DNA of 59,378 nt from Guillardia theta CCMP2712 (GCF_000315625.1 NW_005434613.1:133186-192563); one strand, 5' to 3'. Counted from the stretch's first letter, positions 24,583 to 39,300 are shown. Made by a program: numbers and translations. The notes: generated from the letters alone by a model not told the origin.

Positions 24583-26202
24583 AGGGAAGGAATGAAGAAT
24601 GTCAGAAGCAGGTCGAGGGAGAATAAGGTATCGTACGTCTTTCTTCTTGGCATACTCTTGCTCCTTCGCTCCTGACGTCGATCCCCTCACGCTGGACTCC
24701 GCGAGCTTGTGGAAGACGCTCTCCGACAGTCTCGCTCGAGGAGTCACTGGTGGAGCAACCGGTAAATCGCGGAGAAGAAGGAGAGGAAAGGAGCAGGGAG
24801 GAGGGAGGAAGGGGGGAGAAGTGAGGAAGAGAAGGAGAAGGAAGAGAGCTGGTGGAAAAGGGAGGGAGAGAGGAGGTGAAGGGAGGGAGAGCAGGAAGAG
24901 GACCTTGCTTGTCGAAGGACTCGATGAGTCTTGTCACCCGCTCACCCTGGAGCATGTCCTTGATAGCTGAGAGTCTTATAGAACCTGTTGGGCTGATCAG
25001 TCGGCAGATGCGGAGAACAGAAGAGAAACGGACTGGGAGGAAGAGGTCGGGAGAAATGCGGGAGAAAGCGAGAAAAGGAGAGGGAGACGAGGAGAACGGG
25101 TACAGCGTAATGGGGAAGAACAGAGGAAGGGAGGGAGGCAGGGAAGGAGGGAGGCAGGGGAGGAGGGAGGCAGGGAAGGAGGGGAGGCAGGGAAGGAGGG
25201 GAGGCAGGGAAGGAGGGAGGGAGGGAGGGAGGGGGAAGGAGGGAGGGAGGGAGGGAAGGAAGGAGGGAGGGAGTCAAGAGGAGACGACGAGGAGAGGAGG
25301 GAAAGGGGAAGAAGGTGGGGGCAAGGAAGTTGAGTCAAGGGCTTGACCTTGCTTCAAGACATCAACGGCATTGAAAACTTCATCCACCTCCTCGTCTGCC
25401 AAGTGGATCACAGGGGACATGGCGGCGACTCCCCGATGAAACTGAGATCTCGTGATCAGGAGCATCCGACCCTCCGCCGCCGCCTCCTCCTCCTCCTCCT
25501 CCATGGATGGTTCGCTCTCCGAGAACACGCTCTTGCTCTTCGCTGCCCTGTCCTGCTTCGCCCTCTTCTTGCTGCTCGCGTCCTTGCCCTTGTTCAAACT
25601 GTGGAAGAGCACAGGAACGGAGCCCCAAGTCTCGTGGATAGTCCGGCAGGTTATGAGAATATTTTTGCTCTCCTCCCTCCCATCATCTCCATGCTCGCAA
25701 GCAAGATAGCAGCCTGTCATGATCGCAGACGATGAGAGATGTCAGTGAGAACCAGCAGGCAAGGACTTGCCGCTATGATGCCGTCGTGGTCCAGTTTGCT
25801 TGCAAACTGCGGCAAGGAGGCTGTGAATATCACAGAAAGGATTTGAAAATGAAGGGAGGGGACGGGAATAGTGTGGGAAGGGCGGAGGGCGAAGGGGAGG
25901 GGAGGAGGAAGGAAGAGGAGAGGAGAGGAGAGGAGAGGAGAGGAGAGGAGAGGAGAGGAGAGGAGAGGAGAGAGAGGAGAGGAGGAGGAGAAGAGAGGAG
26001 AGGAGAGGAGAAAATGCGTCGGGCAGGGCGAAATCGAGAGCAAAAGCAAGGAGCNNNNNNNNNNNNNNNNNNNNNNNNNNNNNNNNNNNNNNNNNNNNNN
26101 NNNNNNNNNNNNNNNNNNNNNNNNNNNNNNNNNNNNNNNNNNNNNNNNNNNNNNTATTATCATCATCACCACCATCATCATATCAACAACTGATACAACT
26201 AA

Positions 26203-26233
<31 letters not shown>

Positions 26234-26241
26234 ACAGCAAC

Positions 26242-26324
<83 letters not shown>

Positions 26325-26371
26325 CAACAACAGCAGCAACAGCAACAGCAACAGCAACAACAGCAACAACA

Positions 26372-26420
<49 letters not shown>

Positions 26421-28081
26421 CAACAACAACAACAACAACACAACAACAACAACAACAACAACAACAGCAACAACAACAACAGCAACAACTCCTTCGCGGT
26501 CACCTTGACTCCGATCCAAAGTCATCGATCTCGTCCCCATCCACATGGGCATAAGCCGCCGCTTGCTGCGCTCGAACGTCAAGGAGGAGGCGAACAGCAA
26601 GGAGCGCGTGCCATTTCATCCTCGCGCGTACGAGGAATGTCTCCCTGCTCCCATTTCCTCCTGAAATATGATCAGCCCCTGATGCGGATTAGAGGGAGGA
26701 GGGACTTGGAGTGAAAAGGAGAGAGGAGGGAGGAGAGGAGGGAGAGAGGGAGGAGGGAGGGCACAGACGGGATGCAAGAAGGGAATTGAAGAAAGGTGGA
26801 GCATGAGATAGGAGAAGCATGGAAGAAAGGAGGAAGGGCGGGTAGGAAAAGGATATCAAAGGAGAGGAGGAGGAGAGGGAATGGAGGACGTGGAGGAGGG
26901 CGGGGCCGGGGTTGAAGGGGGTGGGAGCAGGAGCAGGAGGAGAGCATACAAGACATTCTCTAAGTTCTGCGTGTGCTGCCTCTCGTGGTTGAGAGTCTCC
27001 AGCAGCTCATTGATTATCTCGCGGCTCCTCCGAGCCTCGTCCTCCTCCTTCACTTGCTCCCTACCCACCTCCCTCCTCAGAACATCGACAGACTGCATGG
27101 AGGGAGAGAAGTTGTGGAGCAGAGGAGTCGAGGTGTTGTTTGTGAAACCCTCCAGGCTCTGTCTCGCGGGTATGGCCAGATGCTCCCTGCTGATACGCAT
27201 CACGTTGGTCCCTCGAGACAGGACGTCGTCAGTTTTCTCATCCTCCGAATCTGACAGAACTTCTGCCGAGTGCCGCATCAAAGAGTTCTCTTCAGCGTCT
27301 CTCAGCGCAGGAGGAGGAGAAGCAGCAGCAGGAGCAGGACTGTACATGCATGAAAAGCACAGAAGTAGCGAACCGTCCTCTCAACCTGATCGCCGGTATC
27401 GGCTTAGGCGCAGTTCTTGCACCACACCTCAAGCTCTCTAACTGCTTGTTGAGCACGGTTTGAGCCTCCAGAGCTTGTGAAAGTTCTCGCTTCAGCTTCT
27501 CGTTGTCTTGACGGATGGCATCCAGACTTGACTTCTACCACAAGCTCTCAGAGCAGGTCAACCAACAGCATCCTCACCGATCGCTCGCTATTGAATTCGT
27601 GCACAACATCAGCATCGGCCTCCGACGTTGCGGTTCCGTCCTCCGAGGCATCTTGAGGAGGATGTTTGGTCTGCATGTCTCGGATCTGCCCTTCAAGCTC
27701 TTCGCACTTCTGCTTCAGCATAATTTGGTTCGACTCCATCAAGTTGAGCTTCAACGTTAGAGACTCGACTTCTCTCTCCTTGTTCTTGTACTTCACCTCA
27801 AGGTCCCTATGCTTCTCGTCCAGGGACATGAACCCGACCCTCAGCGTCTCTTTCTGCTCCTCCATCTCCTTCAACCTCTTCTCAAGCTCCCTGACCCGTC
27901 CTCCGTGGTCGCCTGCATGTTCATCGCCTTCCACCCCTCCTCCTCTCCCCCATGCTCCGCAAGCTTCTCCACTTATCCTGCTCTCATCGTCCTCTCTTCT
28001 CCCTCGTCCCTCCTCCTTCCCCTGCCGTCCGCTCCTCTCTGACTCTTTGCCGCGCCATCCCCGCCGCAAAGACGCCAGCAT
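24140..28081 (-). CDS. Multi-exon coiled-coil protein with a possible degenerate EF-hand; function unknown
   Basis: Exon-like blocks RVRELEKRLKEMEEQKETLR...LEGQIRDMQ, EIINELLETLNHERQHTQNLEN and QFHRGVAAMSPVIHLADEEVDEVFNAVDVLKQG are separated by low-complexity introns and two gaps. Ends uncertain. Confidence 0.5.
26195..26490. repeat. Mixed (CAA)n/(CAG)n trinucleotide tract, probably intronic
   Basis: Directly visible next to the 26055-26154 gap. Confidence 0.95.
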
Positions 28082-31000
28082 TGCCGATTCGAAGTTTGAA
28101 ACTCTCAGACCCACCCCTCTGAATTCACCCCCTTGCAAAGGCCCACCCTATCTCTGTCTCTGACCACCCGTATGTTTCCCTTCTCAATTGACCTGAAGTA
28201 CCAATCGTGCGATCCATACACCCGGGGTCTAGACTACCCCAACCCCCTCTATTCCTCAGCATCAAACTGAAGCTCTTTGACCTTTTTTTTCGGGTCACTG
28301 TCAGCACCGTGACCGTGGTGTGATAGAGGTCGGGACTCAGTCACCGGCAGTGACTCAGTACGGCCCGGTCCCGCAGTGACTGCCGCTGCCGTACCGACGG
28401 TACGGTCGGGGCACGGCCGCCGGCAGGGGCCCCCGGGTCCCGGAGTCTGTCAAGCGCAAGTTACGGTCGCGATCTTGGCACTGTAATCATGATGCCATGG
28501 CCGCGTCGCCGGGATCAACTTGCCAAAGTACGACGGTACGGTACCCAAGTTCCGAGTTCGGACTAGCCTCCCGGTCCTGCCATGATAGCCTGACGGTACG
28601 GTCACCGGGCCTGGGGTCACGTTCACTAGCCTAGTAGCCTAGTAGTAACGGGCCAGTCGCCGGGGCCGGGGCCGGGCCTCTAGCCTGAGTCACTCACACT
28701 AGCCACCAGCTTCGGCCTTGCTCAACTACTGAGCTCTTAAACTCGGTCTCTGTTCCTTCAGCCGCCGCCGTTCATGAAGAAATTCTTCTGCGAGCATCGG
28801 AGGCTCGGTTACCGTAGAGTGAACATCGCTCGGACTGGATCCGACTGGCAGGCGGGGGGGCAGCTGATGCTGTCAGACGCCATTATTATCTCTGATACTG
28901 AGCTGAAGACGAAAACATCACGGCCTTGTACTTTATGATATTTCTATGGTTTAAAGAGAGTGATATAACAAGTTAAAGATTTCATAACATGATCTTCTAT
29001 CACTCCATGAGTTTACGGGCTATGAGTCCTTTGGCATGCAGAGCGCATTACGATAGGAACGTTCAATTCCTGACACAACGGTAGAGATCTTCTTTCTCTT
29101 ATCCCTGGCAGCAAGGACGTTTTGTAAACAGAAGTTGTCTGAGCAAGTGCAAGGCTTGTTCGATACATGACCTCTCCTTTCAAAGTGAAAGTCTTCCAAC
29201 GTGATTGAGCGACCTGTACGCGATGATGTAGACATGAACATAGAGATTTGGATACTGGAGATGTAGAGAGATGAGCCTTTTACGCTTGGCAAGTAAACAC
29301 TTTGCTGTCTCAGTAATGCAAAGTCTGAAACAAAATCAACGCGAGAAAATTTGTTGCAGCTCCAAAACCGCAAGTTTGAAATATGACTCCACTACGATTA
29401 GCTCTATGGTGAGCTTTTACTTGTAGTTCACTGAAACAAAGAAGGTGTGTACACCACTTTTGACAAGAGAGCAACTTTGGTGCTAGCAAGGTTCCGAACG
29501 ATGCAGCACAAGATTGAGTTGACTTCCAGATGGCGGAAATGAGGGAAAGATGATCACAGCAGGAGGAAGCGAGTGAAGTACAGCGAGTGAAGTACGAAGG
29601 CAAGCGATGAAGAGGATCAAGGTAGGTGAGGGAAGAGGGAGCGTGGAGGATGCTGTTGAGAAGTTGGTAGCCGGCAAAACGTTAATTGGGTTCATGTAAA
29701 CCTGGTGTAAGGGAGGGAAGTGTCACGGGTGGACTAATCAGCCCCACCCCTTTTTAGACTCACTATTTGACGACAAAGTACCGGTTATACATTAACCCCC
29801 ACCCTGTCAGATTGATCTTTACAACCTTGTCTCGGAGGAGTTCCGACTGATCATAATAAACCCCAATTGTCCCCACCCCTACTGAACAAAGTCTTTCAAG
29901 ATTCCCACCCCCTTGTAATCGAAAGGACCCCTACTTCAAAAACGAAGTACCCCTCAATACTCCCGTTTCCATTCAAATATGTTTAGCTTGACCCCTCCAT
30001 CATGTACCGTGGGCCCCACCCCCTCGACCAATAATTGATCATTCACGACCACTTCGCAACAAACTGTCATCATCGGGGGGTTGCGCCTCACAGTCAATCT
30101 ACCACCCCACCCTACTATCAATGTCGTGGGTAACACCGTACCCCCTAACACTATCACCCCCACCCGGGCCTCCATTCAACTGGCAAATCGGACGGAATTC
30201 TTCACCCAAGTGTCCTCAAATTTGCCCTTATTAGTCCTTCACAAATCATAAAAGCTCGTCCCTCCGTCGATTCTGACCCACCATCGCCACCTCTGTACCC
30301 CATGACTTCTGAATCTACCCACCCCCTACCAGGCTAGCCAGATTTCCTCAAATCGTCGGAACGGGGAGTCTTTCAAAACCGGGACCTCACATGCTACCAC
30401 CCCCACCCCTTCGATGACTTAATACTACCCCGTCCTCTCAGCCTTCCCCAACCGAGCTATCTCCCCCAACCTTCTGCATCAGCAACCTCATACGTCTAAA
30501 TTTCGGCCCCCCACTCCCCCCGGTTCTACCCCCCCCCCTCAGGGCCTCCAACTTTGACTCAGTACATCATCGGACTACCGTGACTTCAAGAGTAAAGGAC
30601 CGTGACCTGCCAGGCTTTTTAACTTACTGTGACCGTTTGAGTGCTGAGTGCCGCACTAGCCGCTACTACGGTACCGTCCGATCTGGCCAGTGGCAGGCCG
30701 GGCAGTGACCGGACATGCCCCAGTGCTGCCCAGGCCCGGCTGGCCCGGGCACGGCACAGTGCGCACTCAGCCGTTGCCTGGCACTGGCGGCGGCCCCAAG
30801 CCTCACATCAGTGCCGGGCGGATGATCTGGCAAGAGGATGATCTAGCCTGGCAAGAAAACTGTCAGAACGGTCCGATCGGATTCTTGAATTGCCACCGAT
30901 ACCTCCAGTCACTGAGTGGCACTTAACTTCGAAAGCCGGAATCACGAGTCGTGACGATCGGACGTACGGTACCGGGCCGCAGGCGGCGGCGGCGGCGGCA

Positions 31001-32179
31001 CTGGCGGTGACCGGGCAGGACCTTAATGCAAGTTGAACTTCGGAAAGTTCGGCACTGGCCTCATCGCTGACTCAGTGAGACTATGATATTACGTAACATG
31101 GCAGGGCCGCCCCCTCCAGTTGCCAGCCCCCCCCGGCCCCGGCCCCCGGGCCCCCGGACTCAGTATGGGCTGCCGTCCCTTCCTTTCGTTGCTGGAGGGC
31201 CGCTTGGGGCTGGGCCCGCCCCCGGGCCAGCCCGCCCCCCCTCCACTGCCACCCGTGACCCTCGGTCAGTCCACCCCTGGGGTCCACCCCCCTGTCCACC
31301 CCAGGTCCACCCCACAGTCTGGGTCCACCCCCCCTCAGCAGGAAGTGTTCAGCCGGTTTTTGCGGACTCCAATTCTAGCGATGGCATGGCAGGTGAGGGT
31401 TTGCTGGAAGGTTAATGGGAGGGAGGGAGGGAAGGAGGGAGGGAGGGAGGGAGGGAGCATGTGGAAGGATGAAGAGAGAAGAGAAGAGTGGTGATGGGGG
31501 GAATACAATGAGGAGGANNNNNNNNNNNNNNNNNNNNNNNNNNNNNNNNNNNNNNNNNNNNNNNNNNNNNNNNNNNNNNNNNNNNNNNNNNNNNNNNNNN
31601 NNNNNNNNNNNNNNNNNNNNNNNNNNNNNNNNNNNNNNNNNNNNNNNNNNNNNNNNNNNNNNNNNNNNNNNNNNNNNNNNNNNNNNNNNNNNNNNNNNNN
31701 NNNNNNNNNNNNNNNNNNNNNNNNNNNNNNNNNNNNNNNNNNNNNNNNNNNNNNNNNNNNNNNNNNNNNNNNNNNNNNNNNNNNNNNNNNNNNNNNNNNN
31801 NNNNNNNNNNNNNNNNNNNNNNNNNNNNNNNNNNNNNNNNNNNNNNNNNNNNNNNNNNNNNNNNNNNNNNNNNNNNNNNNNNNNNNNNNNNNNNNNNNNN
31901 NNNNNNNNNNNNNNNNNNNNNNNNNNNNNNNNNNNNNNNNNNNNNNNNNNNNNNNNNNNNNNNNNNNNNNNNNNNNNNNNNNNNNNNNNNNNGGTAGGAG
32001 TGGAGGAGGACGAGGAGGGAGGAGGAGTGGGGAGGGGGAGAGAGGGAGAGGAAGGAGGGAAGAGGAGAGGAAGGAGAGGAAGAGAGGAGAGGAGGGAAAG
32101 AGAGGAGAGGAAGAGAGGAGGGGAAGGGGAAGAGAGGATGGAAGGGGGGAGGCGACGTGGTTGTGATCGTGTGCGGCAG

Positions 32180-32729
32180 GGACCATAATGTCGTTGGGGA
32201 TGATTTCGATGCGAATACGATTAGAGGCTGAGAGGCAGCGGCGGCTCCGACGTAACTCTCCTGCTGCCTCTGACATGACTGTGACGATGCTGGTGCTGCG
32301 CTCTAGGAATGTTCGGGGAGGACGCCAGTGAGATGCGAGTCTTGCCGTACTGGGGAAGGTGGGTTGAGGAGAGGAGGGAGGGATGTGGTCTTGTTGGGAG
32401 GAAGGGATGGATGCAGAGAAGGAGAGGGGGGAGGGAGGGAGAGTCGAGGGAAGTGGAGGAAGGAGGAGGGGGGAAGGAGGAGGAAGTGAATGTTTGTTAC
32501 ATGCAGAAATCTTGGAAACATCTCCCAGGATCATCTTCGTCTTTCTCTCATCAACCGAGGTTTGCTTCCTCCTCGTGCGCATCTCTTGAAGTGCTCGCAA
32601 GACTTCACGTCCAACGACTATGAAGCTCTCCTCTCCCTCGATGAGGCGGCTGGAAGGAGCAGAGGAGCCAATCAGGTCGGAACTCCAACCTCCTGCTCCT
32701 GCCCCTGCTGCTGCTCTTGCTCGTGCTCT

Positions 32730-32764
<35 letters not shown>

Positions 32765-33537
32765 CTCCCTCTCCATCCTTCCATTTCCCCACCCTCCCTA
32801 CCAGTCCTTCCAGCCTCGTCTTCCTCCAGCATCATCGCCTCTACCACCTTTCCCTCCACAGTCATATCCTCCTCCACTCCTCTGCCGACGCCACCACCCG
32901 CTCTCGCTCCTCCTCCTCCTCCTCCTCCTCCTCCTCTCTCCCCCTGTCCTCCATCTGGTTCCTCCTTACATTACTGCAGGATCGCATCGATCGCCTCCCT
33001 TGCTACACGTAAACTTCTCCTCAACCCGCAGCAGCTGCTGACGACCCAGCAGCGTCGCTGAAGGCAGCAAGGCGCCGCCCTGCACCGTCTGTCTGGACCC
33101 GCTCAACGTCAGCGATCAAGCTCGAATCTTGTGAGACCCTTCCTTGACTGACTGACTGGACCACAGGCCTCCTCCTCCCCTCTTACCTCCTCCCTTTTCC
33201 TCCCTTCTCTCTTCTCCCTTCTTCCACTGCCTCCGTCCCCCCTGACCCCTCGCCCCTCGCCCTTCTCCTCCCTGCCCCTCTCCTCCCTCTCCCTTGTCCT
33301 CCCTCCTTCTCGCCCTTCCCTCCCCCCTCCATTCTCTATCTCCTCACTACCTGCCAGGCCTTGTTTGCATCAGTTCCACAAAGATTGCATTGATCGTTGG
33401 TTGAGGGACAACAGTACATGTCCGGTGTGTTTCACTTTGAGACATGACGAGAATCTTGACAACATGTCGTTGTTGTCTTTATGATTTTCTCTGATTCGTT
33501 GCATCAGGTTTGTAAGATGGATCCTTTCTCAGTGTGA
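32180..33537 (+). CDS. RING-H2 E3 ubiquitin ligase, SDIR1-like; 5' end in or before the 31518-31992 gap
   Basis: Spliced HLRLSLINR|[15 protein letters not shown]...DRIDRLP...[17 protein letters not shown]|[22 protein letters not shown]|VCK, giving a complete C3H2C3 ligand set. Stop at 33535-33537. Confidence 0.85.
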
Positions 33538-33793
33538 GAAGTTTTCTCCCCCGTGCTTTCAATTATTGTTTCTTCTGCCTCTTTTTCTTCTCTTTTGACT
33601 TTCTCTCTGTTGGATGGAATCCTTTCTGCTCTTCTTGCTTTTTCACCTTCTTTTGTTCGAGAGCTGTTCCTTGCACCATCTGTTTAAACCTTTCACCCCC
33701 TTCACAATGAAAACAAAAAATACTACAATCTCACACAGACCCAGTTGAACGTCAGAGAGAAAGACGTCAAAAGCGCAAACAACACAAAACATC

Positions 33794-34368
33794 TCAAACT
33801 GAATACATTTCACTTCCCAATGTTCTCACCTTCTCCCCCCGTCCCATCGTGAGCTCAGCGATTGTGGTTGCTTCCTCGATCAGTCTCTCGATCATGGCGA
33901 CCCTTGTGTCCTGCAAGTTTGAATCTCTGTTGGGCATCTTGGAGATGTATTGTTGCATCAGCTCGTTCCCAAACTTCCTCGCACGATCTTCGTTGTCGTC
34001 TCCGATGAAGTCGATCAACTGACAGCAACAGGATTCAGCCTGCCGCCTCCTCGCCGCATCTCACGCACAAAGTTCGTGGGGGGGGAGTCCTCTTCGCAAG
34101 GAGACACGGCGGAAGAAAGAGCTGGAGAAGTGTCAGCTTGTGGTAGATAGATAGGTAGAGGAGAAGGAGAAGGAGGAGCAGGAGGAGCAGGAGCAGGAAG
34201 AAGAAGAGGAGCAGGAGCAGCAGGAAGAGGAGCAGGAGGAAGAGGAGGAAGTGTTGGCGGTGGTGGTTGAAGAAAAGGTGACGGAGGAGGAGGAGGAGGA
34301 GGAAGCAGGAAGCAGGAAGCAGGAAGCAGGAAGCAGGAAGCAGGAAGCAGGAAGCAGGAAGCAGGAAG

Positions 34369-34422
<54 letters not shown>

Positions 34423-36370
34423 AGACCAAGACAATACCATCCATCTCCTCTTCTGTTACAATGCAAACCAATCGACACACGCTCATGAAACTCCGGGAAG
34501 GCGAGAAAGCCGAGATAGAGAACAAGATCTCATGCGACGATCTCAACATCTGTTGTACGAGCTGCACAGAACCTGAGTAANNNNNNNNNNNNNNNNNNNN
34601 NNNNNNNNNNNNNNNNNNNNNNNNNNNNNNNNNNNNNNNNNNNNNNNNNNNNNNNNNNNNNNNNNNNNNNNNNNNNNNNNNNNNNNNNNNNNNNNNNNNN
34701 NNNNNNNNNNNNNNNNNNNNNNNNNNNNNNNNNNNNNNNNNNNNNNNNNAGGTGTCCGTTATTACATAGTAGCGGAAGTAAAAGTATTTAGACATACAAA
34801 CCTACCTATATCCTTTTGTACTCCTGATAGCGAAAAACTGCATTGAGAAAAAAAAGATGCGAGATCTGAACATGGGAGTAGGAGGTGGCGAGAACCTGAG
34901 TAACACAGAAGGGGAGGGAGGGAGGGAGGGAGGGGAGGATGGAAAGGAGAGGAAAAGAAGAGGCAGGCAGGCAGGCAGGCAGGCAGGCAAGGAGGGAGGA
35001 AGGCAGGGAGGAAAGGATCACCTCAAACTTGACATTGGCTGATTCAGCTGACAAACTTCCACCCCTTGACATCTCGTTCGCCTTGTCGACAAGAGACTGC
35101 GAAGACACAACAAGAGTGAACTTGGAATGTCCTGACAGAACAAGACAATCAGCGGGACGACAACACAACATCTCAACAGACTGTTCACAACACAACATCT
35201 CAACAGACTGTTCTCATCACATCACAAATCTCATCAGAAAGTGAATCTTTGATAAGCACCATGGAGATTCTTGTCTGGAACGAAACCATAATCGAGAAGC
35301 AGCTCCTCCGACGATATGTCTCCGTAGCTCCAGCTCACTTGCGCTCCCGCTCTGACATGCCTCGTCGCAAACCATCCCGTCCTCCCTCCCTCCACCTTCA
35401 TCTTCATCCTCGCTCAGCAACACATCAGCGGGCAAGCATGCCAGTCATCACCAAAGTCGCAGGCCCGTCCACCTCCATCTTGACTTTTTCCCGAAGCTGC
35501 TGCTTGACCTGCTGCCGTTGGAGGCATCAGAACAAACGCTTCCTCTCACGCACACAAACTTCACCATGTCGACTGTATCAGACTGGTGATTGAACATGTC
35601 CACCAGAGGCAGCATGTACTGACTTCTGAAACTAACCTTCCCACAACGCGTCAGCGACTAGCTGCGAGCAGGATCAAGGAGGGATTACAGAGTCTAGAGT
35701 GGACGAGAGGCCACGGCGGAAGGATCGCGACTGAAGGGGAGGAGACGTTTCATCAGGCAGGTACCGCCAAGGATGTGAAAGTGTTGCTGACCACAACGAG
35801 AGCCCAGCTCCTCCTGTATTCCTCCTCGATGATGTCGAGCTTCACGCTTGCAAGCTTCTCCATCGCGCACTCTCGCCCGGACCTGCGAGAGGCGACGAAG
35901 GAGAGGAACCCTCGAACCGCATGCTTCGCCCTCTGCCTCAGCCTCAGCCACGCACTGCTCGCACACTGACCACCTCGAACTCCTCTTGCATGCCAGCAGC
36001 AGCTCTCGCGACGTGGAGAGGAAGAAACGTTCTGTCTCCTCCCCAGAACCTGGTCAACGCTCTCATCACAAGTCTCTTGCCACGGACAAGCAGGACATGG
36101 GCAGATCCGGCGAGTCAGCAGGGAGGGAGGCGACGTAGACGGCGAACTCCTCACATCCTCGCGGCAGCGAGACACCCGGCAGCCTAGAGAGGACTCGGAT
36201 CGCCGTGATGTAGAGGGAGAGGAGAGCGCGATCATCTGACCAGAGGGAGGAGGAGGAGGACGGTGAGCCTTCAACTGGAGCATGCTCCTCCTCAAACTCG
36301 TGTAGTAGGGGACCCAGCCCGAGCCCTTCCTCCTGCCGGACAAACGAGGCCGAGAGACGACTGTCGCCTC
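33794..36370 (-). CDS. Multi-exon hypothetical protein (5' end probably in the 36490-37328 gap)
   Basis: Exon-like blocks such as LIDFIGDDNEDRARKFGNELMQQYISKMPNRDSNLQDTRVAMIERLIEEATTIAEL and ECAMEKLASVKLDIIEEEYRRSWALVVVSNTF lie between low-complexity introns. No family recognised. Confidence 0.45.
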
Positions 36371-39300
36371 CTTCAGAGGTTGGAGAGGAGCGGGAGGGAG
36401 GGAGGGAGGGAGGGAGGGAGGGAGGGAGGGAGGCGAGGCGAGGCGAGGCGAGGCGAGGCAGGCAGGCAGGCGAGGCAGGCAGGCGAGGCNNNNNNNNNNN
36501 NNNNNNNNNNNNNNNNNNNNNNNNNNNNNNNNNNNNNNNNNNNNNNNNNNNNNNNNNNNNNNNNNNNNNNNNNNNNNNNNNNNNNNNNNNNNNNNNNNNN
36601 NNNNNNNNNNNNNNNNNNNNNNNNNNNNNNNNNNNNNNNNNNNNNNNNNNNNNNNNNNNNNNNNNNNNNNNNNNNNNNNNNNNNNNNNNNNNNNNNNNNN
36701 NNNNNNNNNNNNNNNNNNNNNNNNNNNNNNNNNNNNNNNNNNNNNNNNNNNNNNNNNNNNNNNNNNNNNNNNNNNNNNNNNNNNNNNNNNNNNNNNNNNN
36801 NNNNNNNNNNNNNNNNNNNNNNNNNNNNNNNNNNNNNNNNNNNNNNNNNNNNNNNNNNNNNNNNNNNNNNNNNNNNNNNNNNNNNNNNNNNNNNNNNNNN
36901 NNNNNNNNNNNNNNNNNNNNNNNNNNNNNNNNNNNNNNNNNNNNNNNNNNNNNNNNNNNNNNNNNNNNNNNNNNNNNNNNNNNNNNNNNNNNNNNNNNNN
37001 NNNNNNNNNNNNNNNNNNNNNNNNNNNNNNNNNNNNNNNNNNNNNNNNNNNNNNNNNNNNNNNNNNNNNNNNNNNNNNNNNNNNNNNNNNNNNNNNNNNN
37101 NNNNNNNNNNNNNNNNNNNNNNNNNNNNNNNNNNNNNNNNNNNNNNNNNNNNNNNNNNNNNNNNNNNNNNNNNNNNNNNNNNNNNNNNNNNNNNNNNNNN
37201 NNNNNNNNNNNNNNNNNNNNNNNNNNNNNNNNNNNNNNNNNNNNNNNNNNNNNNNNNNNNNNNNNNNNNNNNNNNNNNNNNNNNNNNNNNNNNNNNNNNN
37301 NNNNNNNNNNNNNNNNNNNNNNNNNNNNGGAGCAGGAGCAGGAGCAGGAAGCAGGAGCAGGAAGCAGGAGCAGAGAGCAGACTCAGAACAATCATCCCCC
37401 TCTTACTCCGGCCGTACACGCCTCAGTGATTCCACCACCCGGCGCTCCGTGCCCCGGTTGCTGGGCCGGCCCGGCCCGGCCTGGCCCCGGCGGCGAAGGG
37501 GGTGGTGGTAAATGAGGGGGATGAGTTACGACTTGCAAGAAGGTCCAGGGATACGTCTGCTGAGAATGGTGATTCAACGAAACCACATGATTTGAGGCTA
37601 CAATGTTGAAAAAAAATATTGTACTCGAAATGACGTTTTTTCGCTCAGTTTGAGCCCTGTAATATTGTCTTTTCATGTTCAGATAGATCCCCCTACGTCC
37701 CATCTACCCCTCCAATGTTTAGACCACCCCTGCCGTGAAATAGAAAATGTACCATCGAGTGTCCTGGTGGAACTTTCCACCCCCTTTCTCCCGCCTACTA
37801 CCCTCATTTTTCAGTGTTGGTATAGGGGTTCCCTCTCCTTGCAACCCCTTGTGTTTTTTTGCCCCCATACCATCGTGGGTAGGGGATCCTGATTCGTGGT
37901 GATCTATAGGTGGGGTCATCACCACTACCCCCTTCTCAGCGTTCATTCTCCACCGTAGTGATTGTACAAAGTTACAATTGCTCCTCCACCTACCCCTGTC
38001 GATTACTAGAGCTCGTTTTACTGCTATTGGCACCCACAGAATCCTTCATTGGACACCCTTCCCCTTCTGAATACCCCCGTATTTCTCGGAAAAGTACCCG
38101 GTTATCCCCGTCCAATATTTGCCTACCCTTTCCATAATTGCCCAAGTGGTGGCGACCACCCACCTTTGAGGTCGGCTGCCGATCACAAAACTCTTTTAAA
38201 AGTTTACATCAATTATATAATTGTACAAATTGTGTAATTTTGGTACAAGAGAACTCTCCGCTATGTACAACGATTCTATACAACAATTTAGAAAATGTGG
38301 AGCATGCAATTTATAGAATATCTATTGAAGATATAGTTTATATATATTCATCTCGAATAGGAGGGTGAACTACAGGGGTAGGTCCCATGGAGTGATCTTC
38401 AGCGAGGGGCAATTTTTCGGGAGCCGCCACTCCAAGTCTATCCAGGTAGGGGTAGGGTTCGATTGCAAACTATTTTTTATGTGGGTCAGAAAACGATTTG
38501 TACGAGAATTCATTGAATTTTATTGAGATTTTATTGTTTGTTCAGATTTGTACTGGAAGGGGAGGCCGTCTCGGGGTTCAGGGGTGGGGGGGTGGATGTG
38601 AAGGGATGTGAATGCGTGGTCGTGGGGCAGGACATAGGGGGTGATTTGTTCTGGTCTAGTGTGGGGTGGGTCAGTGAGGTAAAACGCGTTGTGGTGGGGT
38701 CATTTGATTAGGGGACGGGGGTGATGGGTGGTAGTTTTCATCAGAGTAAGGTGGGGAAAAGGGGGTGGGTGGTGATGAAAGGGGTGGGTACTGTGAGATT
38801 TTTGGGGGTGGCCCATCTTATCGGATGAGAGGAGATGAATGGCAGTCTCAGGGAATGGAGGACAGCGCTGTCGCAGAAGCTGAGCTAGGAGGAGGAGGAG
38901 GAGGAGGTCTGGAGGGATAAGGATGATTATTTGGTAGAGAAGAAAGCTTGGGATCGGAAAATTGCTGACAGAAAAGAAAGCAGGAGCAAGGGCAGCCGCT
39001 AATCCAGGGTGGGGACTTGGTGAAGTGCAGGGTAGAGGCACTGAGAATAGTTTTCAATAGACCAAAGAGTGGAAAGGAGATGGTCGGACGGACAATAAGG
39101 AGAAGCAAACGCACAGCAGGAGAACTTTGACAGCAAGGGTTTTGTGAGTAGTGACGGTGAGCAGGGAGTCAAAAACACTACGATGGTGCGATCGTGGGTG
39201 CGGGGTAGAAATGCAGGCCGGTTTGAAGTGAATATGAGGAGATTATGTTGGTTGGTGCATGGATTGTTGTAAGATAGAACGACTGTAGATGGAATGGAGA

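Noticed and set aside
28730-29400. Possible small minus-strand gene
   Set aside because: Short exon-like pieces, but I could not build a consistent spliced model or recognise a motif.
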